DNA of 63,120 nt, the filler included, from Reclinomonas americana ATCC 50394 (lineage: Eukaryota), in the NCBI GenBank assembly GCA_048213135.1. It is 6 parts of 4 records of this genome, joined end to end, with 100 filler letters (N's around TTAATTAATTAA, not from the genome) between each part and the next. Parts side by side here need not be neighbours in the genome. Positions count along the whole stretch, not along the records: positions 55,853 to 61,264 come from PS015128.1; positions 61,365 to 63,120 come from PS015133.1; 4 more parts are not named here. One strand, given 5' to 3'. The position numbers were made by a program, and so were the translations under genes. A model generated the notes under the pieces. It did no database searches. It was not told where the DNA came from and worked only from the letters and a program-made list of their open reading frames with translations. Shown here one piece after another: positions 55,853 to 63,120 of this stretch (positions within the stretch are counted from its first letter, which is position 1; the number at the start of each line of letters is the position of its first letter).

Positions 55853-58800
55853 CGGCCTGGAAGAGGGTGAGACAGGAAATGAGACGACTCCTTCGCTGAC
55901 TCTCTCGCTCAATTACAGAACTCCCACACAGAACTCATTCACTTCAAACCAACACTGCACTCCTTCGCTCACTCCTCTAATTGCACTCCATCACAGCACG
56001 TAGTCGTTGCTCATCTTGTCTCACTGTACTCGCTCACTGCACTCTATCTCTCCCTTTACTCTCCCACACAGCGCTAGCACGTCTTCGCTGCACTCTTTAC
56101 AGCTTTCTTTCAAATCTCTCTCTGTCTCTGCCACTAGATTCACTTAACTCCTTCACACTCTCTCACTCTGCTCCATGCAGCCATCTCCTTCGCTGCACTC
56201 TCCTCTGCCTCTCCGTTTCTTGCTCCCTCTCTCCCTCACCCAACACACCTCATATCTCGCAAACCACGTCGGCAAATCATCGGGCTCATCCTTCAACACC
56301 TGCACCACACCAATCCATCAACAAAAACACAACACATTACAGCATCGCTTGCTGGCAGCAACGCAACAAATATCTGTCCAATGCTCTCCGGCAACTCCCG
56401 CAACTCGTACTTGCTCGCATACGACTTGTCGTCTGTCACACTCGCCAACATAAACAAGAATGCACGCAATCCTCTCGCTTCTCCCTTGTCCATCACACAC
56501 CATGACGCACACCGCCGAGCACAATCACCGGCCGCTGACGATTGGCTTCGACAAAATCAAGCAGCGAATAGTCGCCCGGCTGGTCGCCGAGACCCCACCG
56601 CCGACCCGGCACCACCACACCCGCCAGGCGTGGTGCCACTCGTTTGGCGTACCACGGATACGACATAAAGTCGAGCTCCATCACCTGCACGTCTGGTCGC
56701 AGACCGTCGCACAGACTGGCGTAGCGGGAGGAGTTCACGAGCACGTCGCCGCGCACGAGGAGGATGCTGTGGGGTGGCAGGCGGCGCAGCATTTCGCGGC
56801 CCACGTCGGTGAGGAAGGTGCTGGAGCTGCGGTCGACCTGCGAAAGGGAGGGGAGGGGGTGGGGAAAGGGAGGTGAGTGAAGGGAAGCAGCAGACATGAA
56901 AGCGCATAGATGTTACGAAGGAAGAGACAATCATGCCTCACACTGGAATAACAAGCAAGTACGAAGCCTTGACGAGAGGTGACACACACCAGCATCCCTG
57001 AAAAAGACCAGTTCTCTGTCGCTGAGGCTTCTTGTGCTTGGGAAGAAAATAGACTGAATAACCGCAGCAGAGCAGATAGGGACTAGCCTCACGACAATTG
57101 CAAGCAAAAGACAGGCACGATTAGAAGAACACACAAGAAGTCAACAAAGCACATCAGAACCCAATGCAACAATGGAGCCTCGACGACAAGAGGCACACAC
57201 GCAAAAGAATCCCTGGAGATGACCCATTCAGCAACAACATGCATTCTGTCCATGCAGTGGACAAAATCATGGAGGAAGAAGACAGGACAGATCGTCCACG
57301 AGAGATACACAACAGAATCCCTGAAGAAGACTCCTTCTCTGTCACTGAGGCTTCATGTGTTAGAAGAAGACAGGACTGATCGTCCACGAGAGACAAACAA
57401 CAGAATCCCTGAAGAAGACTCCTTCTCTGTCGCTGAGGCTTCATGTGCTGATCGTCCATGAGAGACACACAACAAAATCCCGAAAGAGTGCCCGTTCTCT
57501 TCACCTGAGGATTCTTGCGATAGAAACGCGCGAGCAGCACATAGACTGAAGCTGCCTGCAGTAAAAGCAGAAGGGAATTACTTACGACGATTGCAAGAAC
57601 AGCAACCACATGCATACTGCTCATGCAATGAAAGAAATCACTGAGAAAGACTAGATGGGATAAAACCTCAACGAGAAGAGGTACACTCCACAGAATCGTA
57701 AAGAAGACCTCCCCCTCTTCGCCGACAAGCGCCGCGCCAGCACACACAAGGAGGAAGAAAAAAAGGAGACAGCATAGAAGTTCGTGGATGGGTGGCAGCG
57801 CTTTCCGCGGAAGTGCGCACACAGACATAGTGACACAGAGAGAGGGGGCTTTCCGTTCCTCCATTCCTTCCTTTTCCCCCTTCCCCCCTTTCCTCCTTCC
57901 CCTTTCTCCCCCTTCCCCTTTCCACCCACCTGCTGACGTTGCGCCACCACCTGCATCACACACACAGCCACCACCACCGCCAACACCACACCGCCCGATA
58001 TTCTCCTCAACGACATCCTCTCCACCACCACCTCACACATGCCGTGCATCCCGCAGGCCGCCAACAGCAGCAACACCAACGACGGCTGCATCCAGAATCG
58101 CGACACCACACTATAGTACAACGGCGACGACAGATCCAAGTTGGCGCGCGAGTGGAAAAAGAGCAGGTACAGCGCGAATGCCGACAGGAGAGGCACCCGA
58201 GCTGCAGCAAGCACCGGCTGCAAATAGAGAACACTCAGCGGCGACAAGCTCCTCGCATCCCCGTTCCTTTGTCATCAACTCACCGCCTTGGAGCGAGTGC
58301 GAAAGAGCAGTGCGACACCGAGTGCAGCGGCCGGCAGGCCCACGTGGAGCGACTCGGCGGAGAAATGCGCGGCAAACGTGAGCAGGCCCTGCAGCGGGTT
58401 GCTGCCGCCGGCGTACGACAGGCGGTTGGCCAAGTCGAATGTGCCGTACTCGGTGCGGAAAAAGTGGGCGAGAAAGCCAGCAAGAGTGGCGCTGTCGCCT
58501 GCGGCGAGGGAAGGGAAGTCAGTGACAAGAGAGCGAAAGGCGAGGATGCAATCAGCAGAGCGTACCCCAAGTGGCGCGCGACTCAGACCACGCAGTGGAG
58601 ATGGGCAAGTACAGGTACGGCAGCAGGCCCACGGCCAGCAGCACCACGTAGTCTAGCAGCAGTCGCGGCTGCCTTTGGAGGGTGGATCGGAGGGACCACA
58701 GCACCCAGAGCATGATGGGGAGCTGAGGCAGAAGGGGGGGGGAAGGGAAAAGAGTGAGAGATATAGGGGCAAAGGGGGAGAGACTGGGAGGCAAAGGGGG

Positions 58801-59365
58801 GAGAGACTGGGAGGCAAAGGGGGGAGAGACTGGGAGGCAAAGGGGGGAGAGACTGAGAGGCAAAGGGAGAGAGAGAGAAAAGCTAGAGACAGAGAGGCAA
58901 AGGGAGAGAGAGAAAAGCTAGTCACTGAGAGGCAAAGGGAAAGACTGAGAGGCCAACGGAGAGAGAAAGCTAGAAGCAGTGACTGCATGTTTGCGCAACT
59001 AAGTAAGGGAGTGTGTGACAGAGAGATTAGGGAGAGAAACAGCCATGTACGTGCGGACAAGCGGGGGAGTGAATGAGCACATACGTGAGTTAAGTGAGTA
59101 AATGGGTGCAAGAGAGAGAGAGAGAGAGCGAAACAGTCCAGTGTGTGCGAGCAGGTGAGAGTGAATGACTGAGTATGTATACGCGAGCATGTGAGAAGGG
59201 GTGAGTGTGTGAGAGAGACGAAGGGAGAGAGAAAAGCTAGAGACAGTAAGCGTGTGTCTGCGCGAGTGATCAAGTAAGCGAGTATGTGTGAGAAAGAGAT
59301 TAGGGAGAGATAGAGTATGCATGTACGAGCACGCGAGAGAGTGAGTAAGTGAGTGACATAGGGAA

Positions 59366-59396
<31 letters not shown>

Positions 59397-60706
59397 TAGA
59401 GACAAGAGTCATGTATGTAAGAGCAAGCGAGGGAGTGACTGAGTGAGTGACAGAGAGAGATTAGGAAGAGAAGAGTCATGTACGTACGAGCAAGCAAGGA
59501 AGTGAATGAGTGACTGAGAATGATTATCGACAGCAAGCAGCATGCAACGCTTCTCGTGCCCCTCCCCCCTCTTTCTTTGTTGCTCTCCCTCTAACATCCC
59601 TCTCCCCCTCCCTTTCCCTCTTTTCTCTCCCTCTCCCTCTCCCTCCCCTCCTGTCTTCCCCCCTCCTTTCCCCCACCTCATACAAGGCAATCGTGTGCTG
59701 ATTGGTCATTGCCAGTCCACACAGCACGGCACCATACCGACTGAGTGTCACTCGCCGCCGCTCCTCCGCCACCGCAAACTCGACCAGCAACCACAGCAGC
59801 AGCACCGTAAACAAATTATTCAGCGCAAACACCTCGGCCACCACCGCGTTCTCCCACGTGGTGGGCGAGAACGAAAAGAGTCCGCACACGAGCGCCGCAA
59901 TGGCCACGTTGTTCCGCGTGAGGCGGCACACCAGCGCAAAGAGACACGCGCTGGTGGCGCTCGCAATGACGGCGTTGAGCATGTTGACGCGCCAGGCCAC
60001 GGTGGTGGGCGAGGGGAGCCAGTCGAGGAGGCGGATGGCGGCGCGGGCGAGCAGGGTGAAGAGGGGGTAGCCGGGTGGGTGGGCGACGCCGCCGGAGAAG
60101 GCTGAGGGAGGGGGCAAGGGTGGGGAAGGGTGGGCAAGGAGAAGGGTGAGCATGCGAAGATGAGGAGAGAATGACGAGCGCCTCTGAGATGTGAGACGAG
60201 GAACAGTGAGAGTAAGTGAGCGAGCGAGGACAACAAGAGCTCAAAGGCACAATGAGGAGGACGAGGAAGAGTGAACGGCAAAGAGTGCGGGCACCGAAGA
60301 AACGAATCTGAGGACGACGAGCACACCTCTTAGAAGTGAGAAAGGAGGAGTCGCCGACGAGAGCGAGTGAAGATTGCAGCTGACCATGAGCACAGGAACG
60401 ACGAGGGAGATGCAGAGCACGTTTGGGATGCGAGGAAGAGCGAGAGCAGGGATGACAGCGCTCAGGTGGCGAGAGCGAAGAGGACGAGGCGATGTGCGAG
60501 AGACGCGGAGGAGCAAAGAAGAGGAAAGGAACGATAAGAAGGACGCGGAAGCAATGAGTGCAAAGATCAGCATGCAGGAAGCAAGAGCGATCAGAGAGCG
60601 AGAGAGACGCTGCTAACGTGATTATGAGTGCACAGGATGGATGGCAAGAAGGAGAGTCTACAATGCAAGCCAGATTGTGCGAGAGACAACTGCGAAATGT
60701 GGAGGA

Positions 60707-60758
<52 letters not shown>

Positions 60759-61128
60759 GAGAGTGACGAGAGAGAGAGAGGAGAGGAGAGAGACAGCTGT
60801 GTGCGCATGTGTGAGAGAGAGGCAACAGCACGGGTGCAAACTGCAGCACGATGAATGCATGCATCAATCATCCTTCCCTCCCTCCCTCTCTCTCTCCTTC
60901 CTCTCTTCACTCACCAACAGCCACCAACTCGCCACTATCAGCGCCACCAACACCCGCACCAACCGTCGACGCATACACCGACAGCACACACACAAACACA
61001 ATCGCCATCGCCATCGCCGCTGTCATCTGCCTCCCGCCTCCAAGCGCAGCAACATCGTGGACGCTCTTCTTCTCCTCTTTGTTCCTTTGCTCATCATCGT
61101 GGTTGGCGTTGACATGCGCGTGTTGCAT
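55853..61128 (-). CDS. TMEM260: TMEM260/DUF2723 protein O-mannosyltransferase family (3' partial)
   Basis: GGADSGELV, GVAHPPGYPLFTLL, AWRVN, AEVFALNN, GLAMTNQHT, GLLPYLYLP, HFFRTEYGTFDLA, VSRFWMQ. Confidence 0.92.
56990..57730. repeat. Degenerate repeat array in TMEM260 intron
   Basis: AACAGAATCCCTGAAGAAGACTCCTTCTCTGTC(A/G)CTGAGGCTTCATGTG at ~57311 and ~57399, with diverged copies at ~56993, 57471 and 57690; GATCGTCCA three times. Confidence 0.8.
58768..58870. repeat. ~23-bp minisatellite (GAGGCAAAGGGGGGAGAGACTGG) x~4.5 in TMEM260 intron
   Basis: Direct reading. Confidence 0.88.
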
Positions 61129-61173
61129 GACAGACAGCAAAGAATGCAGGCTGTCGATCGATCATTCGTTTCT

Positions 61174-61175
<2 letters not shown>

Positions 61176-61264
<89 letters not shown>
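61176..61264. repeat. Compound (CA)n(GA)n microsatellite at scaffold end
   Basis: Direct reading. Confidence 0.92.
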
Positions 61265-61364
61265 NNNNNNNNNNNNNNNNNNNNNNNNNNNNNNNNNNNN
61301 NNNNNNNNTTAATTAATTAANNNNNNNNNNNNNNNNNNNNNNNNNNNNNNNNNNNNNNNNNNNN
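61265..61364. other. Artificial scaffold linker 44N-TTAATTAATTAA-44N
   Basis: Same 100-bp structure. Confidence 0.97.
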
Positions 61365-61414
<50 letters not shown>

Positions 61415-61639
61415 GAAGCAGTGACTGACATGCGACAGCCACTGCAACGCATTGTCTTTTGCACACACACATACACGCACACATTCGTACCCACTCCTTT
61501 CCTTTCCTCCCCCTTACCTCCCTCCCTTCCACATTCTCTTCTCGCTCACATTCCTCATGACACTCACCCTTGCTTGCACCACTGATTCACCTCCTCCTCC
61601 TTCTCTCTCTGCCCCTTCTCTCTCTCTCTCTCTTTCCAG

Positions 61640-62695
61640 GATGCATCGCCGTCGCGCTCGTCTGGAGGAAAAGCGACGTGCTGAGGCGCAGGCGGAGGCC
61701 GAGTCGCGTGCAGTGGCTGCTCGTCGCGAGGTGCTCTTTGACTCGCCTCGTGCGCTGCTGGAGGCGTGGCTGGCGGAGCGTGATCGTGTGGCGTCGATGC
61801 TGGAGGGCGTGGAGGAGTCGTGGCATGTGCGTGTGATTGCAAAGGGACTCTACCCTTCCCTTTTTCTGTAACCCTTGGCGATTGGTCTTCCACATTCGCT
61901 TCTCACTGTTGACTCCACGATGTAGCATCTGCATGGCAACCTTTGCCTCATCTCTCTTCTCGTCTGTATCATCCGTTCTGGACACTGCGTTTTATGTTGT
62001 GCCCCCCCTTCTACGACAGCCATTGCTTCATCTCTTTCCTCTCTTCCGCATGATAACAACGACGATTGCTCCCGCATCCGGTTCTCATTCTGAGAGAGCA
62101 GAAGGAGAAGACGTGGAGCGATAATCACCAACAACCATTCTCTACCCTTTCACACAGTCTGTGCCCCTGCCTTGCTCTCCCACGAATCTCTTGTGTGTCA
62201 ACATGTGCATCACTGTCTCCTCTCTTTGTGTCTCTGCGCCCTGCATCACAGTCATCTCATGCCTTTCTTCATTTCCCATTGTGTCAGACTGTGCGGCATC
62301 TGTCTCCACAAGTTCCTCTTCTCTTTCCTTATCCCAACTCTCTCTTCCACCCCCCCCCTCCCTCATCGCAGACGAGCCTTGAATCCGAGGGCGGCCGCCT
62401 CGCCTCCCTCCGCAACGTGGCCATTGCATACATCAAGGAGATTGTGGACAGCGGTCGCATCGCCCAGCACCCGGAGATGGCTCTCCTGCTCAGTCTTCCC
62501 GAGCTCTCCGGCATCTTTCCCGAAGTGCGCCGTTTCTCGCTCATTGGACTCGCGGCTGCGTTTGCGGCGGCGGCCGCCAGTGAGGCGACAGGCGGGACTG
62601 GTGTGTTGTTTGGCAAGAGGGGAGTTGTGCATGATTTCTCACATTTTTATCAAACACAGACTCGGGTTCAGCAGCTGCCGGCGACAAACCAAGAG
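61640..62695 (+). CDS. Hypothetical helical/coiled-coil protein, internal exons
   Basis: GC-rich exons after CAG acceptors at 61639 and ~62371 (RRARLEEKRRAEAQAEAE..; TSLESEGGRLASLRNVAIAYIKEIV..); family not recognised and ends uncertain. Confidence 0.5.
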
Positions 62696-63120
62696 TTTCG
62701 TCAAGTGTATCTTCATGCTGCTGCGATTCTCGCTCACTATTTGCGTTCCACAGCCACGCTCTGTTGCGCTCAGTTCGGATTGACAGCTTTCAAGACCTTG
62801 TACTCACCCTCAGCGTTTCTCTTGTCTCTCATTGCAACAGAATTCGGGAAGAGCAGTTGCGTGACTACCCACACATGGAGATCATCCAGTCAAGCTCTTT
62901 CACTCATATGTCTACGAGGCTCACTCGTCTGTTATAGAGAGAGTACGCGCGAGTGTGTGCGTAAGGGAACATTTCCAAGATTTCTTTTGTTTGCTAGTTT
63001 GCATGATCGTGATAGTGAACGTGAGGAAGACTGTGCATGTGCGTGTGGCAAGTGAGGGAGAGAGTAAGTGATTGGCACCGTGAGTGTGCTAGATTGTATG
63101 ATCGTGATAGTGAACGTGAG

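Noticed and set aside
56990-57730. CRISPR-like array (also considered at 15.7 and 37.3 kb)
   Set aside because: Repeats are degenerate, inter-repeat sequences are related rather than unique, spacing is irregular, no cas genes are present, and the context is a eukaryotic intron.

Overview
Eukaryotic, gene-dense, intron-rich draft assembly (standard genetic code; TAA, TAG and TGA all used as stops). It is probably from a microbial eukaryote, but the taxon cannot be determined from this window. Six scaffold pieces are joined by artificial 100-bp linkers (44N-TTAATTAATTAA-44N), and there are many internal N gaps, often beside GA/CA microsatellites. Manual splicing recovers about 20 genes: a tiny N-myristoylation-motif peptide gene, an EEF1AKMT4/METTL13-like methyltransferase, a 12-kb VLIG-type GTPase/Cys-rich/vWA gene, a TPR protein, PEX11, importin alpha, an atypical kinase, FAN/NSMAF-like BEACH-WD40, a CBS protein, RBM22, PSMD5, a PHOSPHO-type HAD phosphatase, an I78 peptidase inhibitor, Nup98-Nup96, nicastrin, RMC1, a DOMON protein, TMEM260 and two unknowns. 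The most striking signal is in splicing. Besides ordinary G|GTGCGT-type donors there is an abundant second class, H|GTTGCG(T), which is the same motif shifted by one base (22 cases traced by hand). Long introns are bracketed by complementary polypurine/polypyrimidine ends, and 5-15 nt micro-exons occur. Three genes have one small contig in the wrong orientation, most likely a scaffolding artefact. All gene models are manual inferences with no transcript evidence; family calls rest on recognised motifs, not database searches.
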